Assembly: GCA_964357285.1 (NCBI GenBank)
Contig: CAYHKM010000001.1
Coordinates: 1-46,224, forward strand
Source: an uncultured Candidatus Saccharibacteria bacterium
Lineage (GTDB): Bacteria > Patescibacteriota > Minisyncoccia > Phycocordibacterales > Phycocordibacteraceae
Reading direction: 5' to 3'
Length of the DNA: 46,224 nt
A program made the translations under genes and the position numbers. Positions 8,919 through 18,451 of this stretch are shown in pieces (the first letter of the stretch is position 1; each line of letters opens with the position of its first letter). Below the pieces are notes generated by a model, which was not told the origin of the DNA, did no database searches, and saw only the letters and a list, made by a program, of their open reading frames with translations.

Positions 8919-9920
8919 ATGCCTGATGAACCGAAGAAGAATGTTGTCACCGTGGGAGGCGGTACCGGGACGTTCGTCGTCCTCACTGCCTTGAAGCAGG
9001 TGCCGGCACTACGCCTTTCCGCCATCGTGTCGGTCGCTGACGACGGCGGCTCGACCGGCCGTCTTAGGGATGCGTACGGCTTTCTCCCTCTCGGAGACGC
9101 GCGCCAAGCCCTCATAGCGCTCTCGAACGTCGACGATCCTGCCATCATACGGTCTCTCTTTGAGTACCGTTTTTCGAAAGGCGACGTCGGGGGACACAAT
9201 TTCGGGAATCTTTTTCTTACCGCCCTTTCTGACATTCTCGGCTCCGATGCCAAAGCCATCAAAGCCGCCTCCGCCATCCTCCGCGTGAACGGATGGGTCG
9301 TGCCTGTTTCAAACACACCCGCGACTCTGGTTGCAACACTCAAGGACGGCACAACGCTCTCGGGTGAACATGTCATCGACGAGCATATTGTCGGACGCTC
9401 GCCCATCGATTCGATCTCGTCCGTCGCCTCGGCCACGCCTCACGAATCCGTCGTCGCGAGTGATGAAGCGAAGAGTGCGATCGCCTCTGCCGACCTCATC
9501 ATCCTCGGTCCCGGGGACCTCTATGCTTCGACCTTGGCGAATTTCACGGTCAAGGGGCTCCCTGAAGCCGTGGCCGCCTCGAAGGCCCGCCTCATCTATA
9601 TCGTCAACCTCTTCACCCGGGCCGGGCAGACCGAGGGCTATGGAGCGAAACAACATCTCGATGAGATAACCCGCTACGCGGGAAGGCGCCCGGACGTCGT
9701 CTTGGTGCACGCGGGCGCGATTCCTGAAGAGGCGCTCCGCCGGTACGCTGCGGAGCATGAATATCCTGTCGTCGACGACCTCCCGAAAGAACCACGGGTC
9801 GTGCGCCGGCCGTTCGCGGATGCGGTTATCATTGAGAAGCCGAACGGTGACAAGACCCCTCGTTCGTTCATCCGCCACAGTCCGGAGCGCATCGCGGAAG
9901 CGGTTACAGCTCTGCTCTAA
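8919..9920 (+). CDS. yvcK: YvcK/CofD-family protein (gluconeogenesis factor / 2-phospho-L-lactate transferase superfamily)
   Basis: VVTVGGGTGTFVVLTALK...SAIVSVADDGGSTGRLRDAYGFLPLGDARQAL is the hallmark UPF0052/CofD N-terminus. Confidence 0.85.
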   Translation: MPDEPKKNVVTVGGGTGTFVVLTALKQVPALRLSAIVSVADDGGSTGRLRDAYGFLPLGDARQALIALSNVDDPAIIRSLFEYRFSKGDVGGHNFGNLFLTALSDILGSDAKAIKAASAILRVNGWVVPVSNTPATLVATLKDGTTLSGEHVIDEHIVGRSPIDSISSVASATPHESVVASDEAKSAIASADLIILGPGDLYASTLANFTVKGLPEAVAASKARLIYIVNLFTRAGQTEGYGAKQHLDEITRYAGRRPDVVLVHAGAIPEEALRRYAAEHEYPVVDDLPKEPRVVRRPFADAVIIEKPNGDKTPRSFIRHSPERIAEAVTALL

Positions 9921-9952
9921 AACTCCGCGCGAGAACCTTCTTCCCGCGGGGG

Positions 9953-9958
9953 TAGTAT
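9953..9958 (+). promoter_or_regulatory. -10-like TAGTAT 7 nt before ATG 9966
   Basis: gGTAGTATgtaattcATG, with no SD. Confidence 0.3.
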
Positions 9959-9965
9959 GTAATTC

Positions 9966-10481
9966 ATGACCTACTTCCTCGATTTCGACATGACGCTTTT
10001 CGATACGCGTCGATTCCTCCCGTACCTCTTCGCGAAACCCGCCTGCGCGGGCCTTTCCGTGCCTCCGTTCGTCGAGCTCGCGCGCGAGCTTGACACGTTG
10101 GTCGGGGCCGGGAAGCTGTCTTTCGCAGAAGGCGAGCTCGCTCAGTTCCTGTACCCCGATGTCGCGGCGTTCGTGGAAACGCATCCTTGTGTGATCGTGA
10201 CCGCGGGGCCCGTCATGTGGCAGGCGGCGAAAGTCGCGAACGCGCTTCCCGGAGTCCGGGCGATCTATACCGACGATGCTCCCAAGGGCCCTTTCGTTGA
10301 GGAGGCCGCAGCGGGGACCCCGGGGCCCGTCTTTTTTGTTGATGATCGGCCCGGCCAGCTCAATTCCGTCAGGGATGCCTGTCCGGCGGCGGCGATATTT
10401 GAGATGCGTCGGGACGATGCGGATGCACAAAGCACGTACCCGGTCGTGAGGTCGCTTTCAGAGCTCCCTGAACCCCGTTAG
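9966..10481 (+). CDS. HAD-superfamily hydrolase-like protein
   Basis: Motif I FLDFDMTLFDT (DxDxT), motif II VIVTAG, conserved Lys (PKGPF), motif IV FFVDDRP. Confidence 0.55.
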   Translation: MTYFLDFDMTLFDTRRFLPYLFAKPACAGLSVPPFVELARELDTLVGAGKLSFAEGELAQFLYPDVAAFVETHPCVIVTAGPVMWQAAKVANALPGVRAIYTDDAPKGPFVEEAAAGTPGPVFFVDDRPGQLNSVRDACPAAAIFEMRRDDADAQSTYPVVRSLSELPEPR

Positions 10482-10545
10482 AAATCATATCGGTACAACC
10501 CCGTGTGACATTCGGTTTTCCAAGCGAGTCTCAAAAATCTGTGTC

Positions 10546-12333
10546 ATGAAAAACGACTCTGGCAAAATTTCTAACGGGGTGAAACTTCTCGTCGTGACGC
10601 AAGCGGTCGACCGGGATGACCCTGTCCTCGGTTTCTTCCATCGCTGGCTCGAGGAATTCTCGACCCGGGCCGAACGCATCATCGTCATCGCGAACGCGGT
10701 TGGCGTGCATGAGCTTCCCGAAAACGTAAGCGTCCATTCGCTCGGGAAGGAAGAAGGCGTTTCGCGCCTCACGCGCGTTGTTCGCTTCATCGCCTTCATT
10801 CTTGGATTCCGAAACGAGTACGACGCCGTCCTCGTCCACATGACGCCGGAGCACGCCGTCCTCGGCGGCCCCTTCTGGGCGTTCATGGGAAAACGCTTCT
10901 TCCTCTGGTATAACCACCCCGCCCGCGGACTCTTCCTCCGGCTCGCGCTCCTCGGGGTCGAGCGCGTTTTCTACACCTCTCCCGAATCCGCGAGCGCCGA
11001 GCACCCGCGCTCGGAGCGGATGCCCGTCGGAATCGACACGACGCTCTTCGCGCCCCAAGAGGGCACGCGCGATCCCTCGCTTATCTACATGCAAGGAAGG
11101 GTATCGGCGTCGAAACGTCTCGACATCGCGCTCGGGGCCCTGCGGGTCCTCCGGAGCCGTGGGGTGGCCGTACGCCTCCGGAGCGTCGGTCCCATCGTGC
11201 CGGACTACGGAGCGCGCCTTAGAAGGGAATTCGAGGACCTCTTTGACGAGGAGGCTGCCGAACTCGCGCCGCCCATTCCGAATCGCTTGACGCCCGCGGA
11301 GTACCGCAATGCCGCAGTCTCGGTGAATCTCGCCCGCGAGGGGCATTTCGACAAGTCTGCGCTCGAAGCGATGGCATGCGGGACTCCCGTTATCGTCGGG
11401 AGCCGGACCTTCGCGGGCCTCGTCCCGGAGCAGTGGATCGTTTCCGACCCCGACCCTACGCGCCTCGCCGGAGCGCTCGGAACATTCCTTTCGCTCTCTG
11501 TTTCCGAGCGCGACGAGCTCGGGAGGGCTCTGCGGCAGAGCGTGGTACGCGAGCACAGCCTGTTCCGCCTCACGGACGAGCTTTTTGCTGCGTTCGCCGA
11601 GCCGGCGTCGCGCATGGACCCGAAGCGCTTCTACGATTCCGTGTCGCCGGAAAAATTCGGCGGCGATTACGAACGCGCTCGCTGGGGGTCCTCCCCGATG
11701 GCGCGGGCGCAGTACGCGATGACCAGGGATGCGATCCGCCGCGCGGCGTTACCCGCGCTCGCTCGCGCGCGCTCCGTCCTCGAGCTCGGTCCCGGCCCGG
11801 GTACGTGGACCAAGATTCTTATGGAGGCGAATCCGGACGCTGCATATACCCTCGTCGATATCTCGAAGAAAATGCTCGACCAAGCCCAGAGCGCCCTCCC
11901 GGGAAGCCGGGTATCGTTCGTCGAAAGCGACTGGCTCGCGTTCGTGCCGCAGAGCGCGCAGGATTTTTTCTTCTCGTCACGCGCCATCGAATACGTGCCC
12001 GACAAGGAAGCCGCGGCGCGAGTCGTCGCACATGCTCTCGCTCCTCGGGGGCGGGGCACCATCGTGACCAAGATGCCGAAACGTTTGTTCGACCGTATGC
12101 GCGGCCGGAGAGTTCGACTTCATCGCGGGCAGGTGAGTCCGGAGGAGCTTGCCGCGGCCTTGACCCTCGCGGGGCTCCGCGTGACAGACGTCAGCATCGC
12201 GACGGCGACACTTCCGATGTTCCGCAGTGCGTCCGCGAACCGCGCTCTCTATGCGGCCCTCAAACACCTCCCCCTCGTGTTCCCGCTCTCCTTGTTCGCA
12301 GAGTCCTACGCCATCTCGTTCGAAAAGCCTTGA
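10546..12333 (+). CDS. fusion: GT4-like glycosyltransferase + class I SAM-dependent methyltransferase
   Basis: N-terminal part has LLVVTQAVDRDDPVLGFF... and HFDKSALEAMACGTPVIVGS. C-terminal part has SAM motif I VLELGPGPGTWT, followed by LVDISKKML and FFFSSRAIEYV. Confidence 0.75.
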   Translation: MKNDSGKISNGVKLLVVTQAVDRDDPVLGFFHRWLEEFSTRAERIIVIANAVGVHELPENVSVHSLGKEEGVSRLTRVVRFIAFILGFRNEYDAVLVHMTPEHAVLGGPFWAFMGKRFFLWYNHPARGLFLRLALLGVERVFYTSPESASAEHPRSERMPVGIDTTLFAPQEGTRDPSLIYMQGRVSASKRLDIALGALRVLRSRGVAVRLRSVGPIVPDYGARLRREFEDLFDEEAAELAPPIPNRLTPAEYRNAAVSVNLAREGHFDKSALEAMACGTPVIVGSRTFAGLVPEQWIVSDPDPTRLAGALGTFLSLSVSERDELGRALRQSVVREHSLFRLTDELFAAFAEPASRMDPKRFYDSVSPEKFGGDYERARWGSSPMARAQYAMTRDAIRRAALPALARARSVLELGPGPGTWTKILMEANPDAAYTLVDISKKMLDQAQSALPGSRVSFVESDWLAFVPQSAQDFFFSSRAIEYVPDKEAAARVVAHALAPRGRGTIVTKMPKRLFDRMRGRRVRLHRGQVSPEELAAALTLAGLRVTDVSIATATLPMFRSASANRALYAALKHLPLVFPLSLFAESYAISFEKP

Positions 12334-12336
12334 CCC

Positions 12337-13644
12337 ATGCCGACCTTCGTCATCATCGGCGGCGGCATCCTCGGGACGGCGGTCGCGTACCTCCTCTCGA
12401 CGCGCTTCGACGGACGACAGATCCTTGTCATCGAACAGGAGGCCGATGTCGGGCGGCACATGAGCGGGAGGAATACCGGCGTCATCCATCGGCCTTTCTA
12501 TCTCGACCCCGCGCATAAACGCATCTTCGCCCGGATGGCGAACCTCTCGTATCCTTTGTGGAGCGCATACGCCGCGGCTCGCTCGCTTCCGTGGAAGAAA
12601 GTCGGCACGCTTGAGGTAGCGCTCGACGCGACGGACCGTCAGGTCCTTGAAACGTATGCGCGCTGGGCCGCGGAGAACGGCATCCCCGAGGGCGAAGTGC
12701 GGCTCCTCTCCGGACGCGAAGCGAAAAAGCTCGAACCCGAGATCGCCTGCGAGAGCGCGCTTCTCTCCGTGACCGACACCGCGGTCGATTTCGGCCGCTT
12801 CACGAAGGCCCTGCGTCATGACGCGGAAGCGGGCGGCGTCTCGTTCGTCCTCGGCGTCGCGGTCTCGTCCATCGGCACGAAAGGACCGGACCTTGAGATG
12901 CGCCTCGCGGACGGGAGCACTAGAGCGGCCCGCTTCGTCCTGAATTGCGCGGGCGGAGGCGCACTCCGCATCGCCCGTGCGCTCGGTGTTGCGGATAACC
13001 TCGCCGCGGTAAATTTCCGGGGTGAATACTTCCGCATCGCGCCGGAGCATGCCCGCCTCGCCTCACGGAACGTGTATTCTGTGCCGCGCCGGAGAGAGAT
13101 GCCATTCCTCGATCCCCACTGGGTCGTGCGCTTCGACGGAACGGTCGAGATCGGGCCCACGGCAGTCCCCGTCATCGGGCCCTACACGTACGAAGGCCTC
13201 ATCCCGCCTTTTTCGCGCCTCCTCGGAGACACGTCCGAACTCGCGCATCCGAACGTTATGCGTCTTTTCGGGAACGCCGAGTTCTGGCAACTTGCCGGGA
13301 CGGAATGGAAAAGCAGCATGTCACCGGGAGCCTTGGTGAAGCGCGTCGCGCGTTTCCTCCCGGCACTCACGGCCCGGCATCTCGCGGGGAAAGGGCGTTC
13401 AGGGGTCCGGAGCGCGGTCATCGGGGCCGATGGGTCGTTCGTCAAAGAAGTCGTCGAGCGGGAAGGCCCACAGTCCCTCCACATTCTGAATTACAATTCT
13501 CCCGGAGCGACCGGTGCACCGGCCTACGCGGTCCATCTCATCGAACGAGCGCTTTCCTTGGGCGCTGCCCACTTCCTGTCGCCGCGGTCTGCGCCTTCGG
13601 GAACAGTGTGGAATTATCAGGATATCGCCTCGCACCTCGTATGA
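12337..13644 (+). CDS. FAD-dependent oxidoreductase, L-2-hydroxyglutarate oxidase (LhgO)-like
   Basis: FVIIGGGILGTAVAYLL dinucleotide fold. Late motif ILNYNSPGATGAPAYA resembles the LhgO/DAO-family NxxSPGxT. Confidence 0.7.
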   Translation: MPTFVIIGGGILGTAVAYLLSTRFDGRQILVIEQEADVGRHMSGRNTGVIHRPFYLDPAHKRIFARMANLSYPLWSAYAAARSLPWKKVGTLEVALDATDRQVLETYARWAAENGIPEGEVRLLSGREAKKLEPEIACESALLSVTDTAVDFGRFTKALRHDAEAGGVSFVLGVAVSSIGTKGPDLEMRLADGSTRAARFVLNCAGGGALRIARALGVADNLAAVNFRGEYFRIAPEHARLASRNVYSVPRRREMPFLDPHWVVRFDGTVEIGPTAVPVIGPYTYEGLIPPFSRLLGDTSELAHPNVMRLFGNAEFWQLAGTEWKSSMSPGALVKRVARFLPALTARHLAGKGRSGVRSAVIGADGSFVKEVVEREGPQSLHILNYNSPGATGAPAYAVHLIERALSLGAAHFLSPRSAPSGTVWNYQDIASHLV

Positions 13645-15320
13645 TTATCGAGCTCTTCGGTCTCCCCGGAAGCGGCAAAACCACCTTCGCTCGCGCGTGG
13701 GAGCGGGAAGGCGCGCGTGTCGTACGGGCCCCCGGGAGATGGGCGCTTATCCTTTATAACGCACTCTTCATCGCCGAGAACCCTCTCCGCGCCTTCCGTC
13801 TTCTCGCGGGACTTTTTCGCGAGGCGCCTCGCGGAGCAAAGTGGCTCCTTTTCGTGAACTCATTCCTTGTCCACAACGCAAAACATGTCATCGCACGCGC
13901 AGTGTCCGCGCGCGGGGAGATAGCACTTCTCGATCAAGGGCATTTCCAGAACGTACTGTCGGTATTCGGAAAGCCGCCGTCCGAGCACACACTCCGGGCA
14001 TACCTGCCGCTTCTCCCGAAACCTGACCTCCTCGTTGTTCTCGATGTTCCGAAGACGGAACGGGAAACACGACTCGCTAGTCGCGGAAAGATTCCCCGCT
14101 CCGAACTCGGGAACGATGCCGCGGCCGCGGCCGCCTTCGCCGCGGAAACCGACTTCCCGCGCGTGATGTCGCTTATCCCAGAGTTCGGCGTTTATTCACG
14201 ACGCATTTCAGGGACATCCATCCCGGCCTTGAATGACATCGTTACCGAGAACCTTACCTATGCGACCGCGGCGCGCATGCCGACCGAAAAAGCCCACGGC
14301 GTCTCGATCGCGGCGATGTCGGACGCGTTCGCGGCGGCAGGGAAACGCGTTCTCCTTCTCCTGCCGACCCGGAAGAATCCGATCACAGCAGAAGTTCACC
14401 AGTACTACGATGTTCCCGAGAGCTTCGGCGTCGAGCGCGTGTCGACGCCGGATTATGTGGGAAAAGGGCGCACCGGAGCGCTCTTCTTCTTCCTCCAGCG
14501 CCTTCTTTTCATGCGGCGGCTCATCGTCCGACCGCCGCCCCCTGGCATCGTTTACACTCGTGAGCCCGAACTTGTGTGGGCCTTGTCCGGGCGGCGCATC
14601 ACCGTCTTCGAGGCCCACCGCGTCCCGCGTGGCCTCGCGGGGTGGCTGACCGCATTTCTCGTGAGGCGGGCGCGGCTCGTCGTCTGCAATTCTCGCGGGA
14701 CCGAAGCGGCGATGCGAAAACTTGGCGTCACGAGGACCGTGGTCGCTCCGAACGGATTCGACCCTGCCCGCTTCACTGGTCCCGTCCGCTTCCGCTCCGA
14801 GCTCGGGCTTCCCGAGGGGTTCCTCGCTCTCTACGCGGGCTCGGAGGAGCGGTGGAAGGGAGCCCACGTGTTCCGGGACGCGCGGCGGTTTGCCGAGGGC
14901 ATCTCGTTCGCGGTCGTCGGCGGCGCGAACGAAGGCGAAGAGGGAGGAGTCTCTGAAATCGGCCGAGTTCATCGTGCGGACATCGGCGAGTATCTGCGGT
15001 CGGCGGACGCCCTCGTCCTTCCGAACACGCGCGAGAGTGAGGAGTCGGAGCGGTATACTTCGCCCATCAAGCTTTTCGAGTACCTCGCGGCGGGGAAGCC
15101 CATCGTCGCCTCAAGCTTGGCTCCCATCCGTGAGATACTCGCGGATGAAGACGCCTTGTTCGTGTCTCCCGGCGACGCCGAGGCCCTCGCCCGCGCGCTC
15201 GGACGCCTCAAGGAAGACCCCGCGCTCCACGCTCGCCTCGCCAGGCGCTCGCTCGCACTCTCGGCTTCATATACATGGAACGCTCGTGCGAAACGTATAC
15301 TGAAAGCGTTATCACTATGA
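13641..15320 (+). CDS. fusion: P-loop (nucleotide/nucleoside-kinase-like) domain + GT4 glycosyltransferase
   Basis: Start trimmed to ATG 13641 (ATGA overlap). MIIELFGLPGSGKTTFA Walker A, LLVVLDVP Walker B-like. C-terminal GT4 region ERYTSPIKLFEYLAAGKPIVAS. Confidence 0.7.
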   Translation: MIIELFGLPGSGKTTFARAWEREGARVVRAPGRWALILYNALFIAENPLRAFRLLAGLFREAPRGAKWLLFVNSFLVHNAKHVIARAVSARGEIALLDQGHFQNVLSVFGKPPSEHTLRAYLPLLPKPDLLVVLDVPKTERETRLASRGKIPRSELGNDAAAAAAFAAETDFPRVMSLIPEFGVYSRRISGTSIPALNDIVTENLTYATAARMPTEKAHGVSIAAMSDAFAAAGKRVLLLLPTRKNPITAEVHQYYDVPESFGVERVSTPDYVGKGRTGALFFFLQRLLFMRRLIVRPPPPGIVYTREPELVWALSGRRITVFEAHRVPRGLAGWLTAFLVRRARLVVCNSRGTEAAMRKLGVTRTVVAPNGFDPARFTGPVRFRSELGLPEGFLALYAGSEERWKGAHVFRDARRFAEGISFAVVGGANEGEEGGVSEIGRVHRADIGEYLRSADALVLPNTRESEESERYTSPIKLFEYLAAGKPIVASSLAPIREILADEDALFVSPGDAEALARALGRLKEDPALHARLARRSLALSASYTWNARAKRILKALSL

Positions 15321-16384
15321 CCGTCCTTTATTTCGGCGATTATGATGCCAGCTATACGCGAACGCGCATTCTTCTCAAAGGGTTGCGGGAGCATGGCGCT
15401 ACCGTCGTCGAAATGAACGAACGAGGAGGCGGCATTAGTATGTATCTCCGTCTCTGGCGGAGCTTTCGTGCGTATCGGGGTCCCTATGACGCAATGGTCA
15501 TAGGCTATGGCAATGCCCGTCTCATGCCTCTTTTCGCGAGATGTATCGGAGCGAAACGAATCATCTGGGAAGCGCTATTTTCGAAGTATGATAATTTCGT
15601 CTTCGACCGGAAGCTCGCCAGCCCGCGCTCGCCTAAGGCGTACCTGTATCGCTTCCTCGATTGGCTCGGCTGTGCTGTTTCGGATCTCGTATTGCTCGAT
15701 ACGAAGCTTCACACCCGCTACTTCCACGAGACCTTTGGCGTGCCGGAACGGAAACTCGCGTTCGTGTATGTCGGCGCTGATACGGATATTTTCTACCCGC
15801 GTGCACGGGCCGGACGCCCTGACGGGTTTGAAATCGAATTCCACGGGAAGTATTTCCCGATGCAGGGGACCGACGTCATCATCCGCGCCGCCTCTCTTCT
15901 TGAGAAGCAGGGCGTGCATTTCACGCTCATCGGTAACGGGCAAGAATTAAAAAGGACGAAAGCGCTGGCGGAATCCCTCCATGTCTCGAACGTCACATTC
16001 AAGCAGTTTCTTCCTCAAGAGGAGATAGTCGAGTACGTAAAGAATGCCGACATGTGTATCGGTCTTATCGGCGACGTGCCTCGGGTCGTCCGCGCCATAC
16101 CGACGAAACTGTGGGAAGCTGCCGCCATGGGCCGGGTAAGCATAAACGCGTCACCGGGATCGCTTGAAGAGGTATTCACGCCCGGCAAGGATGTCATCGG
16201 CATAACGCCGGGGGACCATGAAGGGCTTGCCCGCACGATTCTAGAACTCAAGCAAAGCGGCGCAGCGGACGCGATGGGGGCGGCAGCGCGGGAGACATTT
16301 TTGCAATACGGCACGCCAGCTGTCGTAGGCAAAGCGTTTGCGGATCTCGTCAGCGCGCGTTTCCCGGATGTCACCCGGACGTAA
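15317..16384 (+). CDS. GT-B fold (GT4-like) glycosyltransferase
   Basis: Start trimmed to ATG 15317 (ATGA overlap). VLYFGDYDASYTRTRILLKGL N-terminus. C-terminal IPTKLWEAAAMGRVSI region. Family less certain. Confidence 0.65.
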   Translation: MTVLYFGDYDASYTRTRILLKGLREHGATVVEMNERGGGISMYLRLWRSFRAYRGPYDAMVIGYGNARLMPLFARCIGAKRIIWEALFSKYDNFVFDRKLASPRSPKAYLYRFLDWLGCAVSDLVLLDTKLHTRYFHETFGVPERKLAFVYVGADTDIFYPRARAGRPDGFEIEFHGKYFPMQGTDVIIRAASLLEKQGVHFTLIGNGQELKRTKALAESLHVSNVTFKQFLPQEEIVEYVKNADMCIGLIGDVPRVVRAIPTKLWEAAAMGRVSINASPGSLEEVFTPGKDVIGITPGDHEGLARTILELKQSGAADAMGAAARETFLQYGTPAVVGKAFADLVSARFPDVTRT

Positions 16385-16420
16385 CTTTTCTGGTACTCTT
16401 TTTAACGTCCCATAACCTAT

Positions 16421-17377
16421 ATGCAATTCTCGGGAAAACGAATACTCGTCACAGGAGGCGCAGGATTCATAGGTACGCACCTCACCAAACGGCTTGTACG
16501 TGAGGAAGCCGACGTTCATCTTTTCGTACGCGAGAACACCGATGTAGCAGGTTTCAAGACGCTATTTCCAAATGTCACGCTCCATACCGTCGACCTGGAC
16601 GATCACGAGGCAGTGCAAGAGACTCTCAAGACCTTATCGCCGCAGGGCATCTTCCATCTTGCCGCGGTCAACCAATCGTACGCGGTCCGTCCGACGCTGA
16701 AACAGTTGTTCCGAGGTAATGCCGAGAATTCGCTTAACCTCATGGAAGCGACGTCGCATCTCCCGATCGAGTTTTTCGTGAATACCACCACGTTCGTTGA
16801 GGCGGGCCCGAAAACCGACCCCATACGCGAGGACGACTCTCTCGAGCCGATGGAATACTACGGCATTTCGCGTATTCCCGGGACGTTGTATGTCCATGCC
16901 TTGGGCAAATATCAGGCCAAACCGTTTGTCACGGTACGCGTTTTCACTCCGTACGGACCTTTCATACAAAAGGGGAAACTGGTTTATGAAATCATCACTC
17001 ACGCGCTATCTGGATCTGCAATACGCCTGTCCCGGGCTGATGTCACGCGCGATCTAATCTTCATTGATGATCTTGTCGACCTCTTCGTCCGGGCGGCCGC
17101 GAATGCGGGCGCGTATCCCGGACATACCTTCAACGGCGGCTCTGGCGTAGCGACCCCGCTTGGGAAATTAGTGGAAGTTGTGCTTCAATATACCGGCTCG
17201 ACCAGCCCTGTTTCATGGACTGGGGATGACGTACTGTACGATCGGGCTCATTGGCGGGCGGATATCTCGAAGTCAACTTCGTTGCTTTCTTGGAAACCCA
17301 CCCACTCGCTTCATGAGGGCATCGCCAAAACAGTCGGGTGGTTCAGGGAACGTGCCGTCTCGGGGGCTTCCGACTGA
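16421..17377 (+). CDS. NAD-dependent epimerase/dehydratase (extended SDR) with atypical active-site motif
   Basis: RILVTGGAGFIGTHLTKRL. The expected YGxSK position reads YGISR. Confidence 0.75.
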   Translation: MQFSGKRILVTGGAGFIGTHLTKRLVREEADVHLFVRENTDVAGFKTLFPNVTLHTVDLDDHEAVQETLKTLSPQGIFHLAAVNQSYAVRPTLKQLFRGNAENSLNLMEATSHLPIEFFVNTTTFVEAGPKTDPIREDDSLEPMEYYGISRIPGTLYVHALGKYQAKPFVTVRVFTPYGPFIQKGKLVYEIITHALSGSAIRLSRADVTRDLIFIDDLVDLFVRAAANAGAYPGHTFNGGSGVATPLGKLVEVVLQYTGSTSPVSWTGDDVLYDRAHWRADISKSTSLLSWKPTHSLHEGIAKTVGWFRERAVSGASD

Positions 17378-18442
17378 ATGACACGCATGCAAAAGCTCAA
17401 GAACATTCTCGTTACTGGCGGGTGCGGATTTATCGGGTCAAACTTTGTCCGCTATCTCTACAAGAAGTACCCAGGATATCGCATCTATGTACTCGATGCG
17501 CTTACCTATGCAGGAAATCTTGAGAATCTGGAGGATATAGAGGCGGTCGAGCTGAATGTCCCCGAAGTCGAAAGCAGATACGTGCTCGTTAAAGGCGATA
17601 TCAGCGACGAGGAATTACTCGAGACCCTTTTTGAGAAGCATACGTTCACATACGTTTTTAATTTTGCCGCCGAGAGCCATGTCGACCGCTCCTTTTTTAA
17701 TTTTTCGAATTTCGTCCGCACCAATGTCGAAGGAGCGCTCATTCTTGCTCGGATGGTTGCGCGCTTCGGTGGGCTCATGGTGCACGTATCGACCGATGAG
17801 GTGTACGGTTCAATTCCCGAGCATCTAGGCTTCGTTAAAGAAGACGCCCCATTCTGGCCCGCAAACCCGTATGCGAGTTCGAAGGCGGCGGCAGACATGC
17901 TCCTGCAGTCGATGATGAAGACTTCGAAAACGCCGGTACGGATTATACGCAGCACCAACAACTTCGGCCCGTACCAGTATCCGGAGAAGCTCATCCCGCT
18001 CGGCATCACCAATCTCCTGGAAGGCAAGAAGATCCCGCTCCACGGTTCCGGAGAGCATTTACGGCAATGGATCTATGTCGAAGATGTCTGCGAAGCCATC
18101 GATACCGTTGCCCAAAAGGGAGAAGAGAACGGGATTTACAACATAGCCGGAGAACACGAATCGAACATTAACGTTCTGCAACACATCGCCGAGCTTCTCG
18201 GAAAGGATCTCGACGATCATCTCGAGAGGGTCCCTGACCGTCCGAATGCCGACATGCGTTATGCTATCGACTCCTCGAAGTTGGAGCGGGAACTGGGCTG
18301 GAAACGCAGACACGATTTCGCCACCGAGCTCCCACGCGTCGTGCAATGGTACGTTGAACATGAGGCCTGGTGGCGTAAGTTGAAGCGGAAGAAAGAATAC
18401 GCGATGCATTATGAGCTTCAATCGAAGGCGAAATATTATTGA
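17378..18442 (+). CDS. rfbB: dTDP-glucose 4,6-dehydratase
   Basis: ILVTGGCGFIGSNFVRYL, VLDALTYAGNLENL, HVSTDEVYG, YASSKAAADML. Confidence 0.9.
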   Translation: MTRMQKLKNILVTGGCGFIGSNFVRYLYKKYPGYRIYVLDALTYAGNLENLEDIEAVELNVPEVESRYVLVKGDISDEELLETLFEKHTFTYVFNFAAESHVDRSFFNFSNFVRTNVEGALILARMVARFGGLMVHVSTDEVYGSIPEHLGFVKEDAPFWPANPYASSKAAADMLLQSMMKTSKTPVRIIRSTNNFGPYQYPEKLIPLGITNLLEGKKIPLHGSGEHLRQWIYVEDVCEAIDTVAQKGEENGIYNIAGEHESNINVLQHIAELLGKDLDDHLERVPDRPNADMRYAIDSSKLERELGWKRRHDFATELPRVVQWYVEHEAWWRKLKRKKEYAMHYELQSKAKYY

Positions 18443-18451
18443 ACATTCCAA

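Noticed and set aside
9309-13050. Long alternative-frame or antisense ORFs (9309..10430 -, 10531..11556 -, 11376..12518 +, 11977..13050 -)
   Set aside because: Each overlaps a + strand gene with family-specific motifs (YvcK, HAD, GT4-MT, LhgO-like). Their products are low-complexity and Arg-rich.
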